DNA from: an uncultured Candidatus Babeliaceae bacterium
Lineage (GTDB): Bacteria; Babelota; Babeliae; Babelales; Babelaceae
Assembly: GCA_963704655.1 (NCBI GenBank)
Contig: OY969927.1
Span: 1,184,001 to 1,248,000 of the forward strand
Reading direction: 5' to 3'
Length of the DNA stretch: 64,000 nt
The notes under the pieces were generated by a model. That model did not search any database and was not told where the DNA came from. It worked only from the letters and a program-made list of their open reading frames with translations. A program made the translations under genes and the position numbers. Positions 28,823 through 38,986 of the stretch are shown piece after piece. Position 1 is the stretch's first letter. Every line of letters starts with the position of its first letter.

Positions 28823-29065
28823 TTATTTGTTAGCAAACTGTGCTTGTCTGTCTTTATAGACTTGAAATTTTACAGCCTTTTGACGCTGTTCGGCAGAAGC
28901 GCCTGATGATGGGTTTAGGATATCTATAATAATATTAAGTTGTACTTCGCCGTAGGGTAAACGTGCAGCCAGTTTAAGTTGATCATTAATTTCCTGAGAT
29001 TCTGCGTTCAGCGCAGTAATTAAAAAACTTACAGTTAGTAGCAAAAATAAATTTCTCAATTTCAT
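28823..29065 (-). CDS. Small hypothetical exported protein
   Basis: SD aaggag; leader ending LNA|ESQ. Confidence 0.75.
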   Translation of the reverse strand: MKLRNLFLLLTVSFLITALNAESQEINDQLKLAARLPYGEVQLNIIIDILNPSSGASAEQRQKAVKFQVYKDRQAQFANK

Positions 29066-29133
29066 AATAATTACTCCTTTTATCCTTACTTTAATTCTAG
29101 CAGTAACTATATTTATAAATCAAGTGAATAATA

Positions 29134-30842
<1,709 letters not shown>

Positions 30843-30982
30843 TCAGATGTTTGGTGCGCTTTGGCGCACTGTTTTATGATAAAAATCAATTTGTATGTAG
30901 TATACCACTTTATTTTTTTGATGCACATGGTATGTTGGCAATGCACCTCCACCAATTGATGATCTTCTGAGTTCATCGATAG

Positions 30983-31016
30983 AACAGACGGTGAATTAAT
31001 TTTCACCGTCTGTTTT
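30983..31016 (+). terminator. Terminator-like hairpin with the same 24-bp core as 31659-31682
   Basis: aacagacggtgaa-ttaatt-ttcaccgtctgtt followed by T-run. Confidence 0.75.
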
Positions 31017-31047
31017 TATCCAAATTTATATAAAATTCGAATTCCCC

Positions 31048-31096
31048 CCGCTTATCCCGAGTGAAACTGAGGGAAGCGAAATTTTGTATCGAGCGA
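31048..31096 (+). repeat. Degenerate palindromic repeat unit
   Basis: ccgcttatcccgagtg...tgtatcgagcga fits the family consensus loosely. Confidence 0.6.
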
Positions 31097-31205
31097 CGGC
31101 TGGAAAGTGTTGGGGATATAATTGATTTAATATGTTATTATTTACTATATATAGAGTAATTTTTAAAAAAAATAATAATTTTATTTAACATGCAGGCGAA
31201 ATTAT

Positions 31206-31643
31206 ATGAATAATTATAGATTAATAGTATTAGTAATGTTGTTTCTAACCCCTTTTTTGCAGGCAGGCGGTGTTCTTAAAGGAATGACAGGTTCAGATGT
31301 TATCCGCAGATATAAAGATTTGGAAGAAATGGCAAAGAAAGCAAAGCAGCAAAGTACACCAGAAAATATTCAAACGCTCGATCAATTTGGAAAGGCTATG
31401 GCAAATAAATGGCAGGCGGAAACTATTGATTTTTTAAATGAGTGGGCCTTTAACGGCAAAGTTTATGAAGCTTATTCAGTTGGTGAAGATGAATTACGGG
31501 GTATAGACCTTAAAGAACAAGCTTTAATAAGTGAATTGATACAAGCTGGCTTTGTTACAACTGCAATAGATGATAACAAAGTATCCTTTGCATTAAAGAC
31601 ATATGATACATATATTTTAAAATTATATGGTTATATTGATTAA
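31206..31643 (+). CDS. Hypothetical exported protein
   Basis: Leader ending LQA|GG; followed by a bidirectional terminator. Confidence 0.8.
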   Translation: MNNYRLIVLVMLFLTPFLQAGGVLKGMTGSDVIRRYKDLEEMAKKAKQQSTPENIQTLDQFGKAMANKWQAETIDFLNEWAFNGKVYEAYSVGEDELRGIDLKEQALISELIQAGFVTTAIDDNKVSFALKTYDTYILKLYGYID

Positions 31644-31651
31644 AATTTATT

Positions 31652-31689
31652 AAAAAAGGACGGTGAATTAATTTTCACCGTCCTTTTTT
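31652..31689. terminator. Bidirectional intrinsic terminator between convergent genes
   Basis: A6-ggacggtgaa-ttaatt-ttcaccgtcc-T6. Confidence 0.88.
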
Positions 31690-31715
31690 AATAAACTATT
31701 TACGCTGCAAATTAT

Positions 31716-34133
31716 TTATGCCACTGACCCTTGCGTAGATTCTGGATGAGCGGGTGTGAGTTGCACTATAGCAACTGGTTTAATTTCTTGTGGCATTAAA
31801 ACGTGTTTAAGTACTTCGTTTGCGTGGTTAACCCAGATAAGATCAATATCTTTGGTAATCTCTTCAAGTCCTGCAATATCGCTCTTATTTTTATACGGCA
31901 AAATAATGTGCGTAATATGGTTTCGTTTTGCAGCCAAGATCTTTTCTTTTACGCCACCGATCCGCATAACATCACCTCGTAGGTTCAATTCCCCTGTCAT
32001 GGCGTATTCAGCATTAATAGGTCGCTGAGTAAGTGCAGAAAGAATCGAAGTCAGCATGGTTATACCAGCAGATGGGCCGTCTTTTGGAATAGCGCCTGCA
32101 GGAACGTGAATATGTACGTCATAGTCGGTGAACATTTTTGGGTCGATACTAAATTCTTGGGCATGTGCGCATGCATAACTCATAGCAGCTTGTGCAGATT
32201 CTTTCATGACATCACCAAGTTGGCCGGTGAGTAATAATCTCCCTTTACCCGGCATAGTGATCGCTTCAATTTTGAGTATTTCGCCACCAACAGAGGTCCA
32301 GGCAAGGCCGTTGGTTATTCCAACTAATGCGCGATGGTCAAATTCATCGTCAACATATTTTCTTGGCCCCAGATATTGTTCAAGGTTTTCTTGAGTAATT
32401 GTTTCAACCGTGTTTTTTTCAACAAAGATTCGGGCGATTTTTGAACATATTTTTTTCAATGTTCTATCAAGTTCACGAACCCCTGCTTCACGGGTGTAGC
32501 TATTGATAATATCAAGCAGCGTTTCTTCTGCTAATTCAAATTGTGCATTAACTAATCCGCTTTCGTTAATTGCGCGGTTAACCAGATGTTTTTTTGCGAT
32601 TTCTTTTTTCTCTTCGCTGGTGTAGCCGCTTAAATAGATGATTTCCATACGGTCACGTAACGGCTCAGAAAGATTTTCTAGGTTATTAGCAGTTGCGATA
32701 AAAAGTACTTGTGAGAAATCAAATGGGATGCCCAAGTAGTTATCGTAAAACGTTTTGTTTTGTTGTGGATCTAAAATCTCAAGCATAGCCGCTGACGGGT
32801 CGCCTCTAAAATCTGCGCCGATTTTATCAAGTTCGTCGATAATAATAACCGGGTTACATGAGCCAGCCTTGCGCATGCCCTGGATAAATCTTCCTGGCAT
32901 TGCGCCGACATAGGTTCTTCTGTGGCCACGAATTTCTGCCTCGTCTTTGACGCCGCCCAGTGATACGCGGTAATATTCTCTGCCTAATGCGCGTGCAATA
33001 GATTTACCTAAGGAAGTTTTACCGGTACCTGGAGGGCCCGCAAAGCATAAAATTGGTGCATAGCCATCTTTTTTTAATTTTTTTATCGAGATAAAATCTA
33101 AAATTCTATCTTTAATCTCTTTAAGGCCATAGTGATCTTCATCTAAAACTTGTTGAGCATGTGCAAGATCAAGATTATCTTCTGTGGTGATGCCCCACGG
33201 TAGTGAAAGTGCAAGATCAAGATAGTTTCTTAAAACCGCAGCTTCCATAGAGTCTGGGGATGTTTTTTCAAGTCTATTCATTTGGCGTGAAATTTCTGTG
33301 CGCGCTTCTTCTGGCAATGGCAATGTATCCAGTTTTGCACGAATTTTATCAACCTCTTGGGTCTCTTCATCGCCGAGTTCTTTTTTAATTGCTTTAAGCT
33401 GTTCGCGTAAGTAAAACTCTTTCTGTGATTTGTTCATTGAATCGCGCGTGCTGTTTTTAATGCGTTCTTGTGCCTGGTTTACTTCTATTTCTTGTGAAAT
33501 AAGTAAATAAAGACCTTCAAGAAATTCTATAAAAGTTCCTGATTCTAAAAGCGCTTGAGCCGCTTCTACGTTAAGCGTTAAGTGTGACAAAATAAATTCG
33601 GCAATTTTTTCTGGGTCATGCATTTTTGATAATATTAAATGGAAATCTGGGCTCAATGACTGGCCCGCAAGTGACATAGTTTCAGATATTGCTTTAATAT
33701 TTTTGATAACTGCATTAATCTCTGGCGTATCAAGATTTTCCTGAGAACTTATGCGATGTACGGTAGCATTTAATAATTCTTGGTCCGCACTGATAGCGCT
33801 GACAAAACCTTTATCAATGCCTTGAACCAAGATTTTGATGCCGCCTTCTGGTATTTTAATAAGGCGCATAATTGAACCAATAGTGCCCACTTCGTAGAGG
33901 TCCTTGGTGCCGATGGCACCTTGGTGGTTATGTGATTGCTTACGTGAGGCGATAAGGAAAACTTTTTTAGTATCATCATCGATGCTTTTTTGAATGCCTT
34001 TTATAATTCGTTCATCAAGCACCAGTAGCGGTACAATCATGCGGGGAAAAACGACGATGTCCATTGTCGGAATCACCGGCAGAATTTCTGGCGCTATGTT
34101 GTCATGAACTGACGATTTGAGATTTTTTTTCAT
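31716..34133 (-). CDS. lon: ATP-dependent Lon protease
   Basis: LON N domain, GPPGTGKTS, IDELDK, catalytic PKDGPSAG and GGVKEK. Confidence 0.98.
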   Translation of the reverse strand: MKKNLKSSVHDNIAPEILPVIPTMDIVVFPRMIVPLLVLDERIIKGIQKSIDDDTKKVFLIASRKQSHNHQGAIGTKDLYEVGTIGSIMRLIKIPEGGIKILVQGIDKGFVSAISADQELLNATVHRISSQENLDTPEINAVIKNIKAISETMSLAGQSLSPDFHLILSKMHDPEKIAEFILSHLTLNVEAAQALLESGTFIEFLEGLYLLISQEIEVNQAQERIKNSTRDSMNKSQKEFYLREQLKAIKKELGDEETQEVDKIRAKLDTLPLPEEARTEISRQMNRLEKTSPDSMEAAVLRNYLDLALSLPWGITTEDNLDLAHAQQVLDEDHYGLKEIKDRILDFISIKKLKKDGYAPILCFAGPPGTGKTSLGKSIARALGREYYRVSLGGVKDEAEIRGHRRTYVGAMPGRFIQGMRKAGSCNPVIIIDELDKIGADFRGDPSAAMLEILDPQQNKTFYDNYLGIPFDFSQVLFIATANNLENLSEPLRDRMEIIYLSGYTSEEKKEIAKKHLVNRAINESGLVNAQFELAEETLLDIINSYTREAGVRELDRTLKKICSKIARIFVEKNTVETITQENLEQYLGPRKYVDDEFDHRALVGITNGLAWTSVGGEILKIEAITMPGKGRLLLTGQLGDVMKESAQAAMSYACAHAQEFSIDPKMFTDYDVHIHVPAGAIPKDGPSAGITMLTSILSALTQRPINAEYAMTGELNLRGDVMRIGGVKEKILAAKRNHITHIILPYKNKSDIAGLEEITKDIDLIWVNHANEVLKHVLMPQEIKPVAIVQLTPAHPESTQGSVA
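31728..31753 (-). repeat. Repeat unit encoding part of the Lon C-terminal tail
   Basis: cccttgcgtagattctggatgagcgg versus intergenic cccttgcgtaggctcaggatgagcga at 56806. Confidence 0.75.
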
Positions 34134-34222
34134 TACAGTTTTCCCCTCTTACGTATTTGTCCCTTATTCCCAGTCTACGTGGGTAATATTTCCAAATACA
34201 AGACTTTGGGGTAAGAGGGTTG

Positions 34223-35107
34223 TTATTTTTTATTAATATTCTTAATTTCTTCCAATTTATTTTTGGCAAGTTCTTGTGTAACTGGATTTATATCCTTTTT
34301 AGGAATCTTTAGAATTTCTTTATAGAGTTTTTCTGGCGCAAGGTTGCCAGAATTTATGTTAAACTTCGATTGATATGTTTGGTTTTCTTCTAATAATTTT
34401 TTATCTATGAGTTCTTTAATTTCTTGGTGTAAGTTTGACCAGCTAAATTCAGTAAAAATAACTGCTAATGTTTTTAAATATTGGGCACGAGCATAATTTT
34501 TAAGATGATTTTCAAAAGGTCTGTGAGTCGGATACGCTTCTTGAATAAACTTTGAAATTATTTTCCATTTTTCATCCTCAGAAACGGCTGGTTCAATGAG
34601 TAATTTTACATTTTTGAGTATCTCTTTGTCGACCTTTTCCTGGGCATCTTTAATTTTTTTCAGTTCTATAAGGTTAGGATTTACACGTTGTAACACAAGG
34701 CCGATCTTTAAAGGTGTACTTTTTTCAAATGGCTCGGTTAAAGGCTTTTGTTTATTCAACATTTTCAGTGCGTTTTGAAATTTTTCTTTAAACGTCTGCC
34801 ATTTTTGGCGATCTGTACTTTGATAAGATTCTTGTACCGTTTCTTGCTGTTTGAGGTGCTCTTTAATATGCGATTTTAAAATTTCAAACTCAACATAGTC
34901 TTTTTGTTTTGCCGGATTTTTAACGGCTTCTACGAGTAAATCCTTTAATGCTTTTTCATCAAGGTTTTGTTTTATGATCTGTGGTTTTGTATTTAATGAT
35001 CGCATAAGCGCTTTATAATAGCCTTCATAGAGCGGTCTTGCTCGCATGCCATTAAGGTTAAAAGGCATAAGTAATAGACCAGATAAAATGAAATTTTTTA
35101 TGCGCAT
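34223..35107 (-). CDS. Hypothetical exported Lys/Glu-rich helical protein
   Basis: Leader ending LNG|MRA. Confidence 0.8.
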   Translation of the reverse strand: MRIKNFILSGLLLMPFNLNGMRARPLYEGYYKALMRSLNTKPQIIKQNLDEKALKDLLVEAVKNPAKQKDYVEFEILKSHIKEHLKQQETVQESYQSTDRQKWQTFKEKFQNALKMLNKQKPLTEPFEKSTPLKIGLVLQRVNPNLIELKKIKDAQEKVDKEILKNVKLLIEPAVSEDEKWKIISKFIQEAYPTHRPFENHLKNYARAQYLKTLAVIFTEFSWSNLHQEIKELIDKKLLEENQTYQSKFNINSGNLAPEKLYKEILKIPKKDINPVTQELAKNKLEEIKNINKK

Positions 35108-35182
35108 CCCCGCCCCCCTTTTACTGAGATATCTAAGTTACTTTAAAAATATCATAACTAATTTCAAATTGTCAATATTATT

Positions 35183-35755
35183 CTACTGTTGGGTACAGCC
35201 TTCTATAGAGCGGCCAAGATAGGCAAGATGTTCGTAAATAGAACCGATATCTTCCAATTGGTCTTCATGCAGTTTTTCAGCTAAATATGAAGAAAAGTCT
35301 TGTTCGGAATTTTTTGGTGAGGGTAAAGGCTCCCGGCTGGCTATTCTTTCAGCAAAGTGGTGCAATTCAATTAAGTGGCTCGCCGCTTCAAAAAATTTGA
35401 TTTTTATTTTTCTTGTGAGCTGCCCATGGTTTGCTGTGTTTGCGATCTGTTTTATTCTCTCGCTTGAGAAAAATATATTGAAATCGGTATCTTTAGGGTC
35501 AAAATGCTCAAGTAGTCTATTAAAGCCAAAGTAAATTTGATTGTTGATAATATGAGTAAGAATGGTTTTGCAATTATCGACTGGATTTAAAAATGGAACT
35601 ATAAATTCAGGGCTTTTAAGCGCATGCGTCGAGATGGTAAGTAATATTTTATGCCGTGTGTCTTTATCAAAAGTAGCAAATAACGCTTTTGAAGCATTCA
35701 TTGCGTCAAGGGAAAAAGTAATAAATATGAAAGCTGAGAAAATTTTTTTTATCAT
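35183..35755 (-). CDS. Exported protein, tandem family member 1 (ends CTQQ)
   Basis: MIKK leader; FF(S/T)xxR and ASHLIxLH motifs shared with both neighbours. Confidence 0.8.
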   Translation of the reverse strand: MIKKIFSAFIFITFSLDAMNASKALFATFDKDTRHKILLTISTHALKSPEFIVPFLNPVDNCKTILTHIINNQIYFGFNRLLEHFDPKDTDFNIFFSSERIKQIANTANHGQLTRKIKIKFFEAASHLIELHHFAERIASREPLPSPKNSEQDFSSYLAEKLHEDQLEDIGSIYEHLAYLGRSIEGCTQQ

Positions 35756-35859
35756 AATAAAAAAATTGTTAAAAAATAACGTATTGCTTTTATTATTGTT
35801 TATTAAAAACAACAAAATCGCAATACGTTATTTTAAAAATTAAAGATGAGTCTTTTTTT

Positions 35860-36595
35860 TTATGATTGTCTGCAATCTTCAAGGGCTTGCTTTAAGTCGA
35901 TTACCTGAATGCCAGATTTAGGATAAGCACTTGGATGAGCATCTTCATAAAAGTTCATTTTTGTTTTCAGAGCATCTAACTTTTCGTTAAGATCTTTAAC
36001 GGTCTCAGAAGCTTTGTTAGTTGTATCAAGTATGCATGCTAGATTCATGGAGAAATCGTTTGGTTCGATATTTTTGCATGCTGCCAATTCCAATCTCTCG
36101 CGTACTGTTTTTGCTTCATGATGTAAAATCATCAAGTGGCCTGCAAGTTGAAAATACATTTTTTTATGTTCACCTAAATCACGAGAGCGACCATCTGCCG
36201 CCATCTTTTCAATGCGTTCATCAGTGAAGAATTTTGCAAAATTGGTATGGTTTTCATCTAAGCCTTCGGTGACTTTGATTAAAGCGGCTGCGCCTTTAAG
36301 TCTAGGCTGTTTTTCTTGTATTGCTTCTAAAAGAGATTTCCCAGTGTTTTTTTTAGTTATCTGGTTATCAAAAGCATACGTCAGGAACAGTGGTAATGAA
36401 CTTTTGTCTTTGATAACCGGAAATATTGCATCAAAGGTTTCACCTAAATTTTCTGCTGCTTCCGTTGCTAGCGCATATAAGATTTCTGCTTTTGTTCGTT
36501 GATTATCGATACTTGCGTATTCAAAAACATTAACTTCACTTGCTTGTGCAGTTGCGCAGAGTAACGTGAGTAAAAGATAGAATTTTTTTTATCAT
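35860..36595 (-). pseudogene. Exported protein, tandem family member 2 (ends CRQS), with a +1 frameshift in a poly-A tract near the start
   Basis: Frame is open from 36588 to 35860; the leader DNA matches that of 36621-37262 except for one extra A; 736 nt = 3n+1. Confidence 0.8.
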
Positions 36596-36620
36596 AATAA
36601 AGTCTATAAAAGAAGTTGTT

Positions 36621-37262
36621 TTATTGTAGTGGGCAGCCAAGTTCATAAAATTGATTTTGTGAGAAGGGTATAAGTGCTGGGCCATTAATTCTCTTTTCTA
36701 ATGACTCACGCTTTTGTTTGAGCAAATCGCTTTCCTGTAACGGGTTATGCAATCTTTTTACTAAATATGAAGCGAGACTATCAACACTATGGGTTTCTTG
36801 TATACCTATGGCAATACCATCGGCAATTTCCAATGCGTGCCCATGTAACTGAATTAAATGACTGGCTTGTGAAATATACAATGCTTTTTTATCGAAAGGC
36901 CAATTTGAATTTGTGGCTTGTTGAGCTATTTGATCTAAACGAGCATCAGAAAAGAATGTTTTAAAGTCTGTGTCAGCTTTGTCAAAAGACGTAGCAACGT
37001 TTTCTATATTACCATGTATCTGGTGATCTAAAATTTTTTTAAGTGTTTTTTCGCATATATCCCTCGATTCCAGCTCCTGAGGGTTTTCTGTTAAAAAAGG
37101 CACTATAGCAGTTTCAGGGTTTTTTAATGGTAGTGTCGATAGCCCAAGTAATACATGTAATCTTGTTGTTTCATCAAGAGAAGCAAATTTTGTAAGACTA
37201 TTTTCATTGGCATGTGCAGATGCGCAGAGTAACGTGAGTAAAAGATAGAATTTTTTTATCAT
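36621..37262 (-). CDS. Exported protein, tandem family member 3 (ends CPLQ)
   Basis: MIKKFYLLLTLLCASAHA leader; DFKTFFSDARL and ASHLIQLH. Confidence 0.82.
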   Translation of the reverse strand: MIKKFYLLLTLLCASAHANENSLTKFASLDETTRLHVLLGLSTLPLKNPETAIVPFLTENPQELESRDICEKTLKKILDHQIHGNIENVATSFDKADTDFKTFFSDARLDQIAQQATNSNWPFDKKALYISQASHLIQLHGHALEIADGIAIGIQETHSVDSLASYLVKRLHNPLQESDLLKQKRESLEKRINGPALIPFSQNQFYELGCPLQ

Positions 37263-37368
37263 ACGTAACCTTTAAAGATACGGTTTATGTGATTTTGTTT
37301 ATAACTCACATAAGTATACCTATACTGTCCCCAAATGAATAGATTCAGCGTGATAAACGTACAATTAA

Positions 37369-37443
37369 CCCTTTCCATACATTCACCTGTGGTGAACACT
37401 TCCGACTTCGCCAAGGCTTCGACGGACAGGCAGGGTGCACGGG
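37369..37443 (-). repeat. Palindromic repeat unit carrying a nested 30-bp hairpin element
   Basis: ccctttccatac-hairpin-cact[tccgacttcgccaaggcttcgacggacagg]cagggtgcacggg. Confidence 0.8.
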
Positions 37444-37463
37444 ATTTGAGTATGATAAATGTT

Positions 37464-38828
37464 TTACTTATAATTTAAGTACAGGTCGTTAACAAATATC
37501 TCTTGCGGGTCATATTGTCTTTTAAGTTTAATAAATTCATCAAACTGTGGGTATGCCGCATGAACTTGTTCTTTGGTTGCAAAGCATTGGTATGGCAAGT
37601 AAAAGGTGCCATGGCACTCGAGGGCTGCGTTAATAAGCTCGCGTGTCCAAAGCTGTGCAACTTCAAATGCTGCTTTGCTGTTTTCTAGCGATATAAAAAG
37701 AACCAGTGCGCTGCATGTTTCAGGAGCATAGCTTAAAAAGCTTGTGGTATCTTTTTTTACTAAACGAAGCGTGCCATTTAAAAGGTTCACATTATTCTTT
37801 TGAAGAATAACTTTTGCTTTATCAACGAATTTCTTAAAATCTTTTAAGGGAATAAAATATTCTTGCAAGATATCTATATGTGTCGACCTGGTTTCTTGTA
37901 AATGATCGGTAGCAAAATGCATGAAGTTATTTCTTGATTTAGTTACTTCTAATTCTATCAGATGCTTTTCTACAAATAAGCGAACATTTTTTACAAAGGG
38001 AACATCTCTCAAAAAGCCAAATAACTTTTGTGAGATATACGTTTTTATTGATGAAAGTGGCTTTAATTTCTCTGTAGTTATCTTTTTAGTGTCATGATAC
38101 GTAAGCGTAAGCATGGTATCAAAAAAATTCTCTGAGCCGATCGTAAAACGCGCAGAAAAAAGTGCAATATTATTGTTGGCAAGAGTTTTCTGCGTTAATG
38201 AGTCAAGATGTCTTTTTGTGTTAACAACCTTAACTCTTTTTTTTAACATCGTGTTATCAATAAGTTGCAAAGTAACTTCTGTGATAATGCCAAAAAGACC
38301 ATACCCACCAATAACGGCATGGTAAAGTTCTGCATTTTTAGTAGGGCTTAAGGTCACTTTTTCGCCTTGGGCATTAATAATAACCATTGAAATAACGGTG
38401 CTTCCCACTGGAGCATATCTAAAATCTTGGCCGTGGGCATTTACGCCAATAGAGCCACCAACAGAGAAATCACAATAAGACTGCATAGCAGCAACCGCGA
38501 GCCCGAACGGGTTAATATATTCTTGAATCTCTTTCCAGCTTATTCCAGCCTGAACGGTGATAGTTTTTGAACTTATATCTAAGTTTAAAATTTTGTTAAG
38601 GCCCTGTAGATCGATAACTGTTGTATCGCACAGGGTATTTTTAACACTAACCCCTTTGCCAGCGCCTTTTATGGTAACATTGGTTTTGTTTGTAGCGGCA
38701 GTTTTTACGGCTTGCTCGATTGCATCAACATTTTTGGGTGCAATTAATGTTACACTATGCGCATGTGTGGTATAGGTCGATAAAATTGTCATTAAAGACA
38801 AGAAAGTTTTTTTCAGAAATAGTTTCAT
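37464..38828 (-). CDS. FAD-binding oxidoreductase (FAD_binding_4 / aldonolactone oxidase-like) with leader
   Basis: VQAGISW, FSVGGSIGVNAHG, GGYGLFGIIT, ILQEYFIP, GTFYLPY, KRQYDP. Confidence 0.9.
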   Translation of the reverse strand: MKLFLKKTFLSLMTILSTYTTHAHSVTLIAPKNVDAIEQAVKTAATNKTNVTIKGAGKGVSVKNTLCDTTVIDLQGLNKILNLDISSKTITVQAGISWKEIQEYINPFGLAVAAMQSYCDFSVGGSIGVNAHGQDFRYAPVGSTVISMVIINAQGEKVTLSPTKNAELYHAVIGGYGLFGIITEVTLQLIDNTMLKKRVKVVNTKRHLDSLTQKTLANNNIALFSARFTIGSENFFDTMLTLTYHDTKKITTEKLKPLSSIKTYISQKLFGFLRDVPFVKNVRLFVEKHLIELEVTKSRNNFMHFATDHLQETRSTHIDILQEYFIPLKDFKKFVDKAKVILQKNNVNLLNGTLRLVKKDTTSFLSYAPETCSALVLFISLENSKAAFEVAQLWTRELINAALECHGTFYLPYQCFATKEQVHAAYPQFDEFIKLKRQYDPQEIFVNDLYLNYK

Positions 38829-38899
38829 AAGTTAGGTCTCCAAAACGCTTAATTAATTCTATTATTAATATTGGCATTATGGGGAAAATTTGTCAAAGG

Positions 38900-38915
38900 G
38901 CCCTTAATTAAGGGC
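38900..38915. promoter_or_regulatory. Perfect 16-bp palindrome between back-to-back TTGACA boxes
   Basis: gcccttaattaagggc; TTGACA on minus (38896-38891) and on plus (38942-38947). Confidence 0.5.
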
Positions 38916-38986
38916 TCTGGATGCTCATATCTTCGTGCAAATTGACAAATAAGCAATATGCTATAAGCTTATTAGTATAAAGAAAT

